64,000 nucleotides of DNA from Bacteroidota bacterium (GTDB lineage Bacteria > Bacteroidota > Rhodothermia > Balneolales > HLUCCA01), in assembly GCA_020832235.1 (NCBI GenBank), contig JAFIEZ010000003.1:76224-140223 (forward strand). Reading direction: 5' to 3'. The notes under the pieces were generated by a model. It saw nothing but the letters and a program-made list of their open reading frames with translations, was not told where the DNA came from and made no database searches. Of the stretch, positions 16,915-27,394 are shown piece after piece (within the stretch, counting starts at the first letter, position 1; every line of letters begins with the position of its first letter). A program made the position numbers and the translations under genes.

Positions 16915-18186
16915 ATGTTAGATATAGCATACATACGTGCGAATACGGAGCTGGTAAAAACCGGCATGGTTAACAAAGGCGAAAAAACCACCGATGTGGT
17001 AGACCGTGTACTGGAAGTCGATGAAAAATGGCGTTCCCTCGTTCATGAAATCGACACCCTCAGAAGTACCTCCAACGCGCGATCGAAGGAAATCGGCAAA
17101 CTTATGGGTCAGGGCAAGAAGGAAGAAGCCCAGGTCATCATGAGTGAGACCGCCACGGCCAAAGACACCATCAAACGACTCGAAGAAGAGCTCGGCGTTC
17201 TGGCGCAGGAGCGCACCGACTTGCTGTACCGCATTCCCAATGTGCCGCACGAATCGGTACCTGTAGGACATACCGATGCCGATAATGTCGTGCATTCTAC
17301 CTGGGGCGATCCGCTTCCGCAGGAATGGCGCGTTCCGCACTGGGATTTGGCCAAAGACCACAACTGGATTGATTTCGAGCGTGGGGTTAAGGTGACAGGG
17401 GCGGGGTTCCCGTTCTACGTAGGCACCGGCGCACGTCTGCAGCGGGCCTTGATTAATTTCTTCCTGAACAGTGCCGCTGAGCGAGGATACACCGAGCTTC
17501 AGGCGCCGTATTTTGTAAATGAAGATTCTGCGCGCGGTACAGGACAGATTCCGGACAAAGAAGACATGATGTACACGATTCCCCGTGACGGATTCTTCGC
17601 TATACCGACCGCCGAAGTGCCGGTAACCAATTTCCACCGCGATGAAATATTGGAACTCAATGAGCTGCCCGTGAAATATTGCGGGTACACACCCTGCTGG
17701 CGACGTGAGGCCGGGTCGTATGGTAAAGATGTGCGCGGACTAAACCGCCTGCATCAGTTCGATAAAGTAGAGCTCGTGAAATTTGTACATCCTGATACCT
17801 CTTACGACGAGCTGGAAAGTCTGCGGGAGGATGCCGAACTATTACTGCAGGCGCTTGGACTACCTTACCGAACCCTGCTTATGTGCACGGGAGATATGGG
17901 ATTCACCCAGACCAAGAAATACGATCTGGAAGTGTGGAGTCCGGGGCAGCAACGCTGGCTCGAGGTGAGCTCCTGTTCGAATTTCGAGAGTTTTCAGGCC
18001 AGACGCATGATGGTTCGTTACCGCGATGAAGACGGCAAGCCCAAAATACTGCACACCCTCAACGGATCAGGACTTGCCCTTCCACGTATCGTGTCGGCTA
18101 TCCTGGAAACCTATCAGGAGGCATCGGGCAAGGTTCGTATTCCCGAAGTACTCAAGCCGTTTCTGGGCAACAGCGATTATTTGTAA
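16915..18186 (+). CDS. serS: serine--tRNA ligase
   Basis: 423 aa. N-terminal coiled-coil arm and class II core motifs (FPFYVGTGARLQRAL, CWRREAGSYGKDVRGLNRLHQFDKVE, LNGSGLALPR). Confidence 0.95.
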   Translation: MLDIAYIRANTELVKTGMVNKGEKTTDVVDRVLEVDEKWRSLVHEIDTLRSTSNARSKEIGKLMGQGKKEEAQVIMSETATAKDTIKRLEEELGVLAQERTDLLYRIPNVPHESVPVGHTDADNVVHSTWGDPLPQEWRVPHWDLAKDHNWIDFERGVKVTGAGFPFYVGTGARLQRALINFFLNSAAERGYTELQAPYFVNEDSARGTGQIPDKEDMMYTIPRDGFFAIPTAEVPVTNFHRDEILELNELPVKYCGYTPCWRREAGSYGKDVRGLNRLHQFDKVELVKFVHPDTSYDELESLREDAELLLQALGLPYRTLLMCTGDMGFTQTKKYDLEVWSPGQQRWLEVSSCSNFESFQARRMMVRYRDEDGKPKILHTLNGSGLALPRIVSAILETYQEASGKVRIPEVLKPFLGNSDYL

Positions 18187-18195
18187 GTTATAGCA

Positions 18196-18231
18196 AAAGA
18201 GGTTTCAGGAACTAAATCCGGAAACCTCTTT
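18196..18231. terminator. bidirectional hairpin terminator between convergent serS and usp genes
   Basis: Perfect 11-bp stem aaagaggtttc / gaaacctcttt with a 14-nt loop, A-run upstream and T-rich downstream. Confidence 0.6.
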
Positions 18232-18261
18232 GTGTGAGCTTCTAGCAATTATCGTGGAGAA

Positions 18262-19137
18262 TCAATCTTCTTCGACGTTCTCCTCTGCAACCTCGTTCCA
18301 ATCTGGACCGGTAACCGGGTTGGTGATGATTACATTGGTATCTACATTTCGGATAACAGTGCCGGTAGTAGAACCCATTTTCAGGTAATCTAGCCCGGTT
18401 CGTCCCAGTGTTGCCATTACAACCAGATTGTATTCATTATCACTTATGTGTCTGGTTATAAACTCATGGGCTGACTTTTTGGTGAGTTTCGCTTCATAGG
18501 TAACCCGATCCGCAATACTCGGGAAGTATCGCTCAACATAACTCCTGAATTTTTTCTCTTTAGTGCGTACATAGGCCTCCAGATGTGTAGCAGGCTCGGT
18601 GCTGTGATAGGTGACAGCGTAGAGTAAGTGTATAGAGGCGTCTGAGAGCTCTGCAAGTTTAGCTGCAAGGCCATAGGAGTTCTTCGCATTTTGAGAGAAG
18701 TCAGTAGTTACCAGAATTTTATTCAACGGGAACAAAGAATCTTCATTTTTAACCACAAGAACCGGTGGCTTTGATAAACGAACAACTTTTTCAGTTACCG
18801 AGCCCAGCATAAGTTTACTGATACCGGTACGGCCGTGAGACGACATTACCACAAGGTCATACTCTTTTGCTACATCAATAATAGCATCAACCGGTTTATG
18901 TTCAGATACCAGGCATTCACCCTTTACGGATGCATCAAGATGTGAGCTTACAAGGGCATCAAGGTCTTCTTTGGCTGTTTCAATAGATGAGTCTGAACGT
19001 TCATAACGATTTTTTTCAAAAGAATATAATACACTTACTTTCCCATCCACTAATGTGGCCATTTTGCCGGCTACACGGAGTGCTTTTAAGCTAATTTCAG
19101 AGAAATCAGTAGGTACCAGTATAGTTAGTTTTTTCAC
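18262..19137 (-). CDS. universal stress protein, tandem UspA domains
   Basis: 291 aa. Two Usp repeats, each ending in a (M)SSHGRTG / ATLGRTG ...GS(T/V) ATP-binding-type motif. Confidence 0.8.
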   Translation of the reverse strand: MKKLTILVPTDFSEISLKALRVAGKMATLVDGKVSVLYSFEKNRYERSDSSIETAKEDLDALVSSHLDASVKGECLVSEHKPVDAIIDVAKEYDLVVMSSHGRTGISKLMLGSVTEKVVRLSKPPVLVVKNEDSLFPLNKILVTTDFSQNAKNSYGLAAKLAELSDASIHLLYAVTYHSTEPATHLEAYVRTKEKKFRSYVERYFPSIADRVTYEAKLTKKSAHEFITRHISDNEYNLVVMATLGRTGLDYLKMGSTTGTVIRNVDTNVIITNPVTGPDWNEVAEENVEED

Positions 19138-19345
19138 GACGACCTCCTCGTATACAAATAATTTATTAACGGTTTTTATACTTAGAATATGCTACAAATT
19201 TACGGTTTAAAAAAATATGATGAATGTCAGAAAAAGCGCTTTTTTATCAATTATGAATGATTTGTGTTTAAAAGTTGAATTTTTTGTGCGTGGAAATAGC
19301 CGTATATTCTTTTCTTGTTTTATATCATCTCAAAGTCCTATCTAT

Positions 19346-20206
19346 ATGCTTCGTGTATTCTTTATAACAACATTGCTGTTAAGTGGTACCCTTTCATTTA
19401 ATACTTCAGCAGACGATGTGGAACGTATTACAAAGTGGCTAGAGGAAGGGCAAGAACGCTTTCATGAAATATATGATCACGAGCTAACGAGAGAGCAACA
19501 AATCAGTGAGTTGATTCGCTTCTATTCAACGCGACATTTGGGTATAACCTATGTGGGAGGTTTATTGGAAGAACCCCCAGTTGAAACGCTCGTGATAACG
19601 CTGCAGGGCTCTGATTGCGTATTGTTTGTTGAACACGCTATGGCCATGACCATGACTACGATGCAGGGATCAACTGATTTTGAGCAGTTTGCATCAAATT
19701 TGGCGCTTTTCAGATACGGGGATGGTATTATTGATGGTTATGCCAGCAGACTACATTACTTCTCCGACTGGTTAAGAACGAATGCCTCATTCAGCAGAAT
19801 ACGTATTCTTTTTCAGTACGATGAGTTGCCATCGCTGTCTAATGTGCATTTCATGTCCAGCAATAGAGAGTCTTACAGACAGTTAGCTGAGAGCGACTCT
19901 CTATTTGCACGCATAGGTCAGCGCGAGCAGGAACTCAATAGCTATAGTGGCTTACGGTTTATTCCCCAGGATGATATCCCGAATTTTGAAACGCAATTGA
20001 AAACCGGCGATATACTCTCATTTGTAACAACCATCGATGGTTTGGATATTTCACATACCGCAATAGTAAAACGAGAAGGGGACAGCGTTGGCTTTTGGCA
20101 TGCTTCAACTACCGGCTCTGTAATCGAAGATCCCAAAACCATTTATGAGTACACGCGCGATCGCCGAAATGTGAAGGGTATTATAGTAGCACGACCACTA
20201 TTTTAA
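19346..20206 (+). CDS. DUF1460-family (amidase-like) secreted protein
   Basis: ATG 19346 gives the signal-peptide-like start MLRVFFITTLLLSGTLSF. DCVLFVEHAMAM, LHYFSDWL and GDILSF...DISHTAIV segments fit DUF1460. Confidence 0.55.
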   Translation: MLRVFFITTLLLSGTLSFNTSADDVERITKWLEEGQERFHEIYDHELTREQQISELIRFYSTRHLGITYVGGLLEEPPVETLVITLQGSDCVLFVEHAMAMTMTTMQGSTDFEQFASNLALFRYGDGIIDGYASRLHYFSDWLRTNASFSRIRILFQYDELPSLSNVHFMSSNRESYRQLAESDSLFARIGQREQELNSYSGLRFIPQDDIPNFETQLKTGDILSFVTTIDGLDISHTAIVKREGDSVGFWHASTTGSVIEDPKTIYEYTRDRRNVKGIIVARPLF

Positions 20207-20215
20207 AGAAATCTG

Positions 20216-20860
20216 TTAAAAATCGAGTGTTCGCAATAACCTGCGTGCATCTGTGGTGTAACTGAACTCTCGAAGTTTCTCTCCGTCCAGCTCATATGTA
20301 ATTGTAAATCGAATATCTTCGGCCAGTTGCGGTGGAGTGTTTAGCAGAAATGTAGTTTGGTCAGCCACTGTTGGTTCTCCCTGCAAATAAGACTCAAGGC
20401 TTTGAGTCGTAGCCCCGATGGCCAGATAGATCGTGTAAACGTTAAACAAAGACCGGAGTTCGCTCCCTGCAGGAAATTCCGGAGTGTAATCTTTATCCGC
20501 GGTAATAGATATATTTAATACCCGCTCATCGGATGTTATGTTTGGGATTACGCAAACGGCTCTGGCCTCATTTATGGGTTGAAACAGACTGGCAATAGGT
20601 GCGTTTTCGCTGGTGTAGGTTTCGGCAATGGGTACAAAGCTGACCGCGTATTCACTAAATAGCACAGTACGACCACCAATTTGCTGAAATTGCGGTACGT
20701 CTGACCCCGGAACAAAAAGCATCCGGTTTTCCAACGCCGCAAAGTCTAGTGTTCGAAAACGGTCGTCAAAAACGCAGGAGTCACCTAGGTCACATGAAAT
20801 TGTGAAAAAAGTAGATCCAATGAGGGTTAACATCAGTACGAGAGTCGCTCTTTTCAGCAT
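20216..20860 (-). CDS. hypothetical lipoprotein
   Basis: 214 aa. Signal peptide with a Cys (LIGSTFFTISC). No recognised family. Confidence 0.5.
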   Translation of the reverse strand: MLKRATLVLMLTLIGSTFFTISCDLGDSCVFDDRFRTLDFAALENRMLFVPGSDVPQFQQIGGRTVLFSEYAVSFVPIAETYTSENAPIASLFQPINEARAVCVIPNITSDERVLNISITADKDYTPEFPAGSELRSLFNVYTIYLAIGATTQSLESYLQGEPTVADQTTFLLNTPPQLAEDIRFTITYELDGEKLREFSYTTDARRLLRTLDF

Positions 20861-21008
20861 ATTCTATCTTCGGTAATTTTGTTACAGCTATTTGCGCAGT
20901 ACTAATGCGCTTTGAATTCAAATATACAGCAAAAAAGCCGGTTTAGGGGGAGTATTAATCCGAATTATTCTGCCGAGGGCTGTAATTTCATATCTATCCG
21001 GAAGGGTA

Positions 21009-21521
21009 TTAACCCAGTAAGTTGAAAATAAATTTTAGTACCGGTGGGGCAGCTATTATGAGTGTGAACAGATTGTTACTGTCTTTAAAATTTCGGGAGA
21101 TGTACATAGAAGACAATATTAAAACAACATTTCCATCAGATACTTCATAGAGTCCACGGAGGCGGTTGGTTTTACCTTTTACCCGGGTTTCTGAACCTTC
21201 TGTGAGCTCCCATTTACTCGTCCATACAGACGAATGGTTCCAATGATATACTTTATTGCCAAGCTTGACGGTGGCCTTGTTTTTTAACAGGCCTTTATTT
21301 AAGTCTATGGTTCCCACTACCTGACTGCTGGAAAGGTCAATGATATCTGTAGTTGACTTAAACCATCCTCTTTTTTTGAATTTAAAGCGGTGCTTTAAGA
21401 GTGTTCCTTCGGCATTATCTTTTAAAAAACCATATCGGTATCTGCCTACTTTTTCATTTTTGATGAAAAAAGTAAAGCGATTTAGAAATAGCGTTTTTTC
21501 CCAGGCAAGCGTGATATTCAT
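21009..21521 (-). CDS. hypothetical protein with a C-terminal hydrophobic helix
   Basis: 170-aa Lys-rich ORF. No recognised family. Confidence 0.4.
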   Translation of the reverse strand: MNITLAWEKTLFLNRFTFFIKNEKVGRYRYGFLKDNAEGTLLKHRFKFKKRGWFKSTTDIIDLSSSQVVGTIDLNKGLLKNKATVKLGNKVYHWNHSSVWTSKWELTEGSETRVKGKTNRLRGLYEVSDGNVVLILSSMYISRNFKDSNNLFTLIIAAPPVLKFIFNLLG

Positions 21522-21587
21522 GGTTTTTAATATAATGGGTAAACGTAATTGTGCTATTTACGCAAAAACGGCAACCAAGTTGCCATG

Positions 21588-22499
21588 TTACGGCAGATCT
21601 TCAAACCATGCAATCGCGCGTTTCATATCTTCATCAAAATTCTTGACTAAGCCATCGTGTGTGTCGTTTTCAAGTCGTATAAGTTCAGCATTGGGGATGG
21701 AAGACGCCACGAAATGACCGTGAGAAAAAAGCACAATACGATCTTCGGTTCCATGCATCACAAGTGTCGGTGCCATGATCTTCGACAAATCATAAACAGG
21801 GAGTTCTGACATGTTAATTAAGTCGTTTTCAAGGCCATCCTGTACCGTATGTACCGGAAAAAGGCTCTTCAGATAAAGAGAAGCAATACGTCTATTGTAG
21901 GGATTTCTATCACGTCTTGAAACCCATTGAAATGCAATCCAAAGACCAAATTCGGTATTGGTTATTCGGTCGGCTAGTCGAGGTGCAGCGAACTCAATGG
22001 CCATACTCACCGCACCATACATGACTAATACCGCAGTTTTGTCGGGATGCCTCTTTGCAAATTGTAGTGCGGAAGGTCCGCCTCCCGAGATGCCAAGAAC
22101 AAATACGTTGTGGATACCCAGATAGGTGAGTAATTCAGCGTAAGCATCAGCCTGTTCTTGCGGTGTTCGACCAACATCTAATGATGATCGCGCATAACCC
22201 GGTCTGGAAACGATGAGTACGCGATAACCAGCCTGTGTGAAAACTTCAGGAGTCATATGAGAATGGGTACCTGGAGTGCCATGAAGTAATAAAATGGTTT
22301 GATTACCATCTCCTTCAAGCCTGTACTCCAATGCACCCTTACTCAGGTTCGCAATTGCTGCATTACCTGGAAGTTTGATATCCGTTTGAGAACGCCAATG
22401 CAGAAAGTACCCGTACAGCGATGCTAGTGCCAGCAGGGCTGTCAATAATGCAAGAATCACTGTATAGGCAAGTATCCTTCGATTCATTAACGTCTTCAA
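21588..22499 (-). CDS. alpha/beta-fold hydrolase with N-terminal membrane anchor
   Basis: 303 aa. HGTPG oxyanion region, GISGGG nucleophile elbow, C-terminal D...H. Confidence 0.75.
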   Translation of the reverse strand: MKTLMNRRILAYTVILALLTALLALASLYGYFLHWRSQTDIKLPGNAAIANLSKGALEYRLEGDGNQTILLLHGTPGTHSHMTPEVFTQAGYRVLIVSRPGYARSSLDVGRTPQEQADAYAELLTYLGIHNVFVLGISGGGPSALQFAKRHPDKTAVLVMYGAVSMAIEFAAPRLADRITNTEFGLWIAFQWVSRRDRNPYNRRIASLYLKSLFPVHTVQDGLENDLINMSELPVYDLSKIMAPTLVMHGTEDRIVLFSHGHFVASSIPNAELIRLENDTHDGLVKNFDEDMKRAIAWFEDLP

Positions 22500-22513
22500 A
22501 CCATTGCTGTCGG

Positions 22514-22993
22514 TCAGCTAGAAAGGTATGAATTATACATCCATACAATTTTTTCCTGTTCGGTTATGTAGTCGCTCATGAGGGCATTGGTACCTTCGTC
22601 GTTGGCTTCGCCAGAAATATCCAGTAACTCTCGCTGAGCTATCAATACTTCTCTAAACGCGTCAAGAATGTGTTTAACGCACTCGAATCCGTCAGTAATA
22701 TTATGAGTTGGCTTGACTTTACTGTGCGCGAGCATATCCTCAAAAGTGTGGTAAGGAGTATGGCCCAAAGTCAGTATTCGTTCAGCAATTTCGTCGATTT
22801 TAACAGCCATATCGGTATAAAGCTCTTCAAATTTTTCGTGGAGCTCGAAGAACTTGTGACCTTTAATGTTCCAGTGATAACCGCGAACATTCATGTAAAA
22901 TACGTGATAATCAGCCAGCAAGATATTCAATTTAGCAGCGAGTATTTTGGAACTGTCAACATCCAGTGCAATAGCATTTAATTGTTTGTTCAT
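22514..22993 (-). CDS. dps: Dps-family DNA starvation/stationary-phase protection protein
   Basis: 159 aa. LLADYHVFYMNVRGYHWNIKGHKFFELHEKFEELY ferroxidase-centre region. Confidence 0.9.
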   Translation of the reverse strand: MNKQLNAIALDVDSSKILAAKLNILLADYHVFYMNVRGYHWNIKGHKFFELHEKFEELYTDMAVKIDEIAERILTLGHTPYHTFEDMLAHSKVKPTHNITDGFECVKHILDAFREVLIAQRELLDISGEANDEGTNALMSDYITEQEKIVWMYNSYLSS

Positions 22994-23190
22994 ATCAGAA
23001 TAATATTAGTTGATAATTTAGGTGTTCATACTACTATAACGTAAAGTCGCAACATATCGTTGTGCTTTGAAGTCCTATAAAATTGGCTCACGCAACCGGT
23101 TACGTAAGTTTCTGGCGATTTACTTAGTTTTTGAGCCGGAAAAGAAGGAACTTATCGCATATATATTCACCTATGTTAAACAATATTACG

Positions 23191-24747
23191 ATGCGTTTTA
23201 CCTTATCAGCTTTCGTACTGGTTACATTATGCGTTACACTTGGATGTTCGGATACCTCTGACCGGTCATTTCAGGCCGAATGGCCGTACGCCGTTAGTTA
23301 TGAAATTTTTGTGCGATCATTTGCCGACAGCAACGGTGATGGTATTGGCGACATTCGCGGGATGACAGCCAAACTCGATTATCTGCAAGATCTGGGTATT
23401 CAGTCTATATGGATGATGCCTATTCATCCGTCCCCGACCTATCATAAGTACGATGTTACCGACTACAAAGGCATCCATCCCGACTACGGCACCATGGATG
23501 ATTTCAAGTACTTTCTGGCCGAAGCCCATAAACGGGATATCCGTGTGGTTATTGACCTTGTGATTAATCACTCCTCTAATCAACACCCTTGGTTTTTGGC
23601 CGCGCTGGAGGACTCCACCAGCATGTACTTCGATTTCTATGTCTGGGAGCGCGAGGAGGATATCGCTTCGATGTACGTAACGGCCGATCAAACCGGTCCC
23701 GACAGCGATAACCTTCGCCGATGGAACAGCACCGATGCGTACGATGACTTGTTTTATTACAGCTACTTCTGGAGCGGTATGCCCGATTTGAATTTTGATA
23801 ATCCTGTGCTGCGCGATACCATCTATGAAATCGGTCGTTTCTGGCTGGAGATGGGTGTTGACGGATTTCGACTGGATGCAGCCAAGCATATTTTTCCCGA
23901 CGACCGCGCCGAAGATAACCATGCATTCTGGGAGGAATTCCGTGCCGAAATGGAGCGTGTGAATCCTGATGTATTGCTGGTAGGGGAGGTCTGGGCTTCA
24001 ACCGAAATCGTTAAACCCTACCTTACCGGCCTGCGGTCGTTGTTTAATTTCGATCTGGGGTATGCTATTATTGACGCTGTGCAGTCAGGCCGCGGCGTAG
24101 GACTCGCATCCCGTCACGCTGAAATCCTGAATGCTTATCTGTCGGTAACCGATGATTTTGTAGACGCTACATTCATCACCAATCATGATCAAACCCGCAT
24201 CATGTCGCAGCTGCAGGATGAAAACAAAGCCCGGTCCGCAGCCAGCATATTACTCACCTTGCCAGGCTCACCATACCTGTACTATGGCGAAGAAATAGGC
24301 ATGTTCGGGGCCAAGCCGGATCCGAACATCCGTGAGCCTATGTTATGGAACACACCGGAGCTAGATTCGATACGAACCAGCTGGAGAACACCTCGATACA
24401 GCACCGACGAAACCGTAGTTCCGGCTTTTGTGCAGCTTGAGGATCCCAACTCACTGCTGAATCACTACCGAAGTCTCATCCACCTGCGAAATGGCAGTCC
24501 GGCGCTGACGCTCGGAACCTTATATCCAGTTGACCGGGCCGACGAGCGCCTGGTTGTCTTTGAGCGCTTGCACGACCGTGAGCAAGTATTGGTGCTGCAC
24601 AACGTATCGGCTGAAACCGTAGGATTTGTACTCAGCGACCGGATGGGAGCCTATAATACCGTAATCTGGTCCTCGGGCGACGATGTACAACTTATGACGC
24701 AAGGTGAGGTCATCTTGCCCCCGTATTCTTCGATTGTGCTCAAATAA
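23191..24747 (+). CDS. GH13 alpha-amylase-family lipoprotein
   Basis: GH13 regions DLVINHSS, GFRLDAAKH, GEVW and FITNHDQ. The MRFTLSAFVLVTLCVTLGCS lipobox favours ATG 23191 (or 23173) over the tracked TTG 23131. Confidence 0.85.
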   Translation: MRFTLSAFVLVTLCVTLGCSDTSDRSFQAEWPYAVSYEIFVRSFADSNGDGIGDIRGMTAKLDYLQDLGIQSIWMMPIHPSPTYHKYDVTDYKGIHPDYGTMDDFKYFLAEAHKRDIRVVIDLVINHSSNQHPWFLAALEDSTSMYFDFYVWEREEDIASMYVTADQTGPDSDNLRRWNSTDAYDDLFYYSYFWSGMPDLNFDNPVLRDTIYEIGRFWLEMGVDGFRLDAAKHIFPDDRAEDNHAFWEEFRAEMERVNPDVLLVGEVWASTEIVKPYLTGLRSLFNFDLGYAIIDAVQSGRGVGLASRHAEILNAYLSVTDDFVDATFITNHDQTRIMSQLQDENKARSAASILLTLPGSPYLYYGEEIGMFGAKPDPNIREPMLWNTPELDSIRTSWRTPRYSTDETVVPAFVQLEDPNSLLNHYRSLIHLRNGSPALTLGTLYPVDRADERLVVFERLHDREQVLVLHNVSAETVGFVLSDRMGAYNTVIWSSGDDVQLMTQGEVILPPYSSIVLK

Positions 24748-24823
24748 GTTCTTAACGATTCGACTTCATTGTGTTGCGCGGATTGGTATATTCCCTGTAA
24801 CTACAGACGAAATCTACAGAACC

Positions 24824-27370
24824 ATGAAAAACTTACTGGTAATCGCCATGTTTGCCGTTACACTTACGGCCTGCTCACAAGATAATCTGCCTGAGGTGTC
24901 CCTCGATTGGAGTCTCACCGAAAATACATTACAGCCGCCTGCCGGCCATGCGGCGGTGTTCACCTTAACCAACACCGGTTCGGTGGCACTTGAATCGGGA
25001 TGGGAGCTTTATTTCAGCGCGATATATGTCGCCCAACGCCCTCGCTTCGACTCCACTCAGGTCATCATTGAGCACCTATCGGGAGAGTGGTTTCGGTTGC
25101 AACCCGTTTCCGTTACGGAGCCCCTCGAGCCGGGAGCTTCGGTGTCGTTTGCGTATAGCTCACCGCGATTTTTAAACGCCAATACCCAGTTTCCGGAGGG
25201 ACCATACCTGGTGCTGGCCGACTCCGAAACCACTATCCCCATCCGCAAGTACACCACTCCACGAATAGAACTGGAGGAGGTCGCTGAGCATTATGCCCAT
25301 ACCAATCGGCGGGTTCCCACAGCGGAGCGCTTATATGAGCAAAACGAAGGACTATCGTTGCTTAACGCCGATGCCATCAGTCCGATAATTCCAACACCGG
25401 TAAGCATGCAGCGGGGGGAGGGCTATTACACACTGCCTGAATCAGCCATTTTACATCATGCCCCGATTTTCGCCACAGAAGCAGCGATTTTTGCCGATGC
25501 TTTCAGAGGGTTGTTACCCGCGGAGCTTCGTATTGCCCCATCTGAGGAGGCCCACATTCGGTTGCAAGCTGACGATGCCATTGAAAATCCGGAGGGATAT
25601 CGCCTGAGTATAGACGACACCGGAATTGAAATCCATGCATCCGGACTCGCCGGAGCGCATTACGGATTTCAGACGCTGTTGGGATTACTCACCGCGCAAT
25701 GGGATGAGGATGTTGCAATCATCCTGCCGCATATCGAGATAGAAGACTATCCTCGGTTTGGATTTCGCGGACTCTTCCTCGACATCTCCCGGAATTTTCA
25801 GGAAAAAGAGGACATCCTGCGCCTGCTCGACCTCATGTCGTATTACAAATTCAACGTGTTTCAGCTGCACCTGGCCAACGATGAAGCCTGGCGCATTGAA
25901 ATTCCGGGGTTGCCGGAGTTAACCGAAGTCGCCGCCCGACGAGGCCATACCGAAACCCACCGCGACAACCTCCATCCGTCGTTCGCCTCCGGACCTGATC
26001 CTGATCATTCGCCATACGGCAGCGGTTACCTGAGCACAGAAGATTTCATCGAAATCCTGCATTACGCGCGCGATCGCCATATTCAGGTCATCCCTGAAAT
26101 CGTGGCCCCCGGACACATGCGTGCCGCGATTATGGCCATGCATGCCCGATACGACCGGTTCATGGCTGAAGGCGATGAAAATGCCGCCAACGAATTTCTT
26201 CTCGAACATCCCGAAGACACCTCCGAATACCTGTCGGTACAGCGATTCCGAAACAACACCATGGATGTTTGTATGGAGTCATCCTACCGCTTCTATGAGC
26301 ACGTACTCGACGCAATTTTAGCCATGTATGTGGATGCCGGCGTTGATATCTCTACCTTCCATGTTGGGGGTGATGAGGTGCCCAGAGGAGTATGGACGGG
26401 GTCTCCGGCCTGCGCTGAGCTGATAGAACGCAGCGACGATCTGACGGCCACCGCTGACTTGCATAACTATTACTACACCCGTTTACATGGGATGCTTGCC
26501 GAGCGTGGATTGCAGCTGGCAGGGTGGGAAGAGGTCGGACAACAACTGGTTCGCGAAAACGACCGAAATGTGAATCGTCCGAATACCGGGTTGTTGGGCA
26601 AAAACATCCGTCTGCACGCCTGGAATGCGGTAGTAGGGTGGCCGGGCACCGATATGGCCTATCAGCTGGCCAATGCGGGCTACGAGGTCGTGATGAGTAA
26701 TTCCTCGAATATTTATTTCGATTTGGCCTACGACATGCATCCCGACGAGCCGGGATTGCATTGGTCGGGTTATGTAAATCTGCGGTCGGCCTGGCAGATG
26801 ACGCCGTTTAATCATTTCATATCGAATGATTTTGATATTCAGGGCAATCAGGTTGATGCCGCTGAAATGGCCCGAAACCATGTGGCCTTAACCGAAGAGG
26901 GTAAAAAACGCATTATTGGCTTGCAGGGACAACTCTGGACGGAAACCGTTAAAGGTCCGGACATGATGTTCTATTATCTGCTCCCGAAAATGTTGGGCTT
27001 GGCTGAGCGGGCCTGGTCGCCCGACCCGCAGTGGGCTGAGATAACAAATACATCCCGCCGCAATAGTCTGCGCGAGCAGGATTGGAATCGATTCGCCAAC
27101 ACAGTAGGTCAGGTTGAGTTTCCGCGATTAGAGCGAATATTTGGAGGGTATAACACCCGTATCCCTCGTGCCGGAGCACGGATAATCGACGGCATGCTTC
27201 ACGCCAATGTGGAGTCGCCGGGCTTAATTATCAGGTATACTACCGACGGGTCTGAGCCTACGGCTGCATCTGCAATGTACACGCAACCGATAGCCATTGA
27301 TGGACCGGTTCAACTTAAAGTGTTTACCCCATCCGGAAATTTCGGCGGTGTGATGTATATTCAGCCGTAA
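24824..27370 (+). CDS. GH20 beta-N-acetylhexosaminidase lipoprotein
   Basis: ATG 24824 gives MKNLLVIAMFAVTLTACS. GH20 catalytic region HVGGDEV. C-terminal chitobiase/hexosaminidase-type tail IIRYTTDGSEPT. Confidence 0.85.
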   Translation: MKNLLVIAMFAVTLTACSQDNLPEVSLDWSLTENTLQPPAGHAAVFTLTNTGSVALESGWELYFSAIYVAQRPRFDSTQVIIEHLSGEWFRLQPVSVTEPLEPGASVSFAYSSPRFLNANTQFPEGPYLVLADSETTIPIRKYTTPRIELEEVAEHYAHTNRRVPTAERLYEQNEGLSLLNADAISPIIPTPVSMQRGEGYYTLPESAILHHAPIFATEAAIFADAFRGLLPAELRIAPSEEAHIRLQADDAIENPEGYRLSIDDTGIEIHASGLAGAHYGFQTLLGLLTAQWDEDVAIILPHIEIEDYPRFGFRGLFLDISRNFQEKEDILRLLDLMSYYKFNVFQLHLANDEAWRIEIPGLPELTEVAARRGHTETHRDNLHPSFASGPDPDHSPYGSGYLSTEDFIEILHYARDRHIQVIPEIVAPGHMRAAIMAMHARYDRFMAEGDENAANEFLLEHPEDTSEYLSVQRFRNNTMDVCMESSYRFYEHVLDAILAMYVDAGVDISTFHVGGDEVPRGVWTGSPACAELIERSDDLTATADLHNYYYTRLHGMLAERGLQLAGWEEVGQQLVRENDRNVNRPNTGLLGKNIRLHAWNAVVGWPGTDMAYQLANAGYEVVMSNSSNIYFDLAYDMHPDEPGLHWSGYVNLRSAWQMTPFNHFISNDFDIQGNQVDAAEMARNHVALTEEGKKRIIGLQGQLWTETVKGPDMMFYYLLPKMLGLAERAWSPDPQWAEITNTSRRNSLREQDWNRFANTVGQVEFPRLERIFGGYNTRIPRAGARIIDGMLHANVESPGLIIRYTTDGSEPTAASAMYTQPIAIDGPVQLKVFTPSGNFGGVMYIQP

Positions 27371-27394
27371 TAAATGAATTTAACTTTATGAACT

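Noticed and set aside
16918-17637. 239-aa ORF antisense to serS
   Set aside because: Same reasoning as for leuS: it is nested in serS on the opposite strand and has no family features.
22994-23190. PerR/Fur-like box upstream of dps (ataatattagttgataattt)
   Set aside because: The region is uniformly AT-rich and the match to Fur-family boxes is partial. I cannot tell it apart from ordinary promoter DNA by eye.
23317-24001. 201-aa and 141-aa ORFs antisense to the amylase gene
   Set aside because: They are nested in the GH13 frame, which carries all four conserved catalytic regions. The antisense products have no motifs.
24704-24823. 5' extension of the GH20 ORF overlapping the amylase 3' end
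   Set aside because: The extension has no signal-peptide character and overlaps the amylase stop region. ATG 24824 gives a textbook lipoprotein signal, MKNLLVIAMFAVTLTACS.
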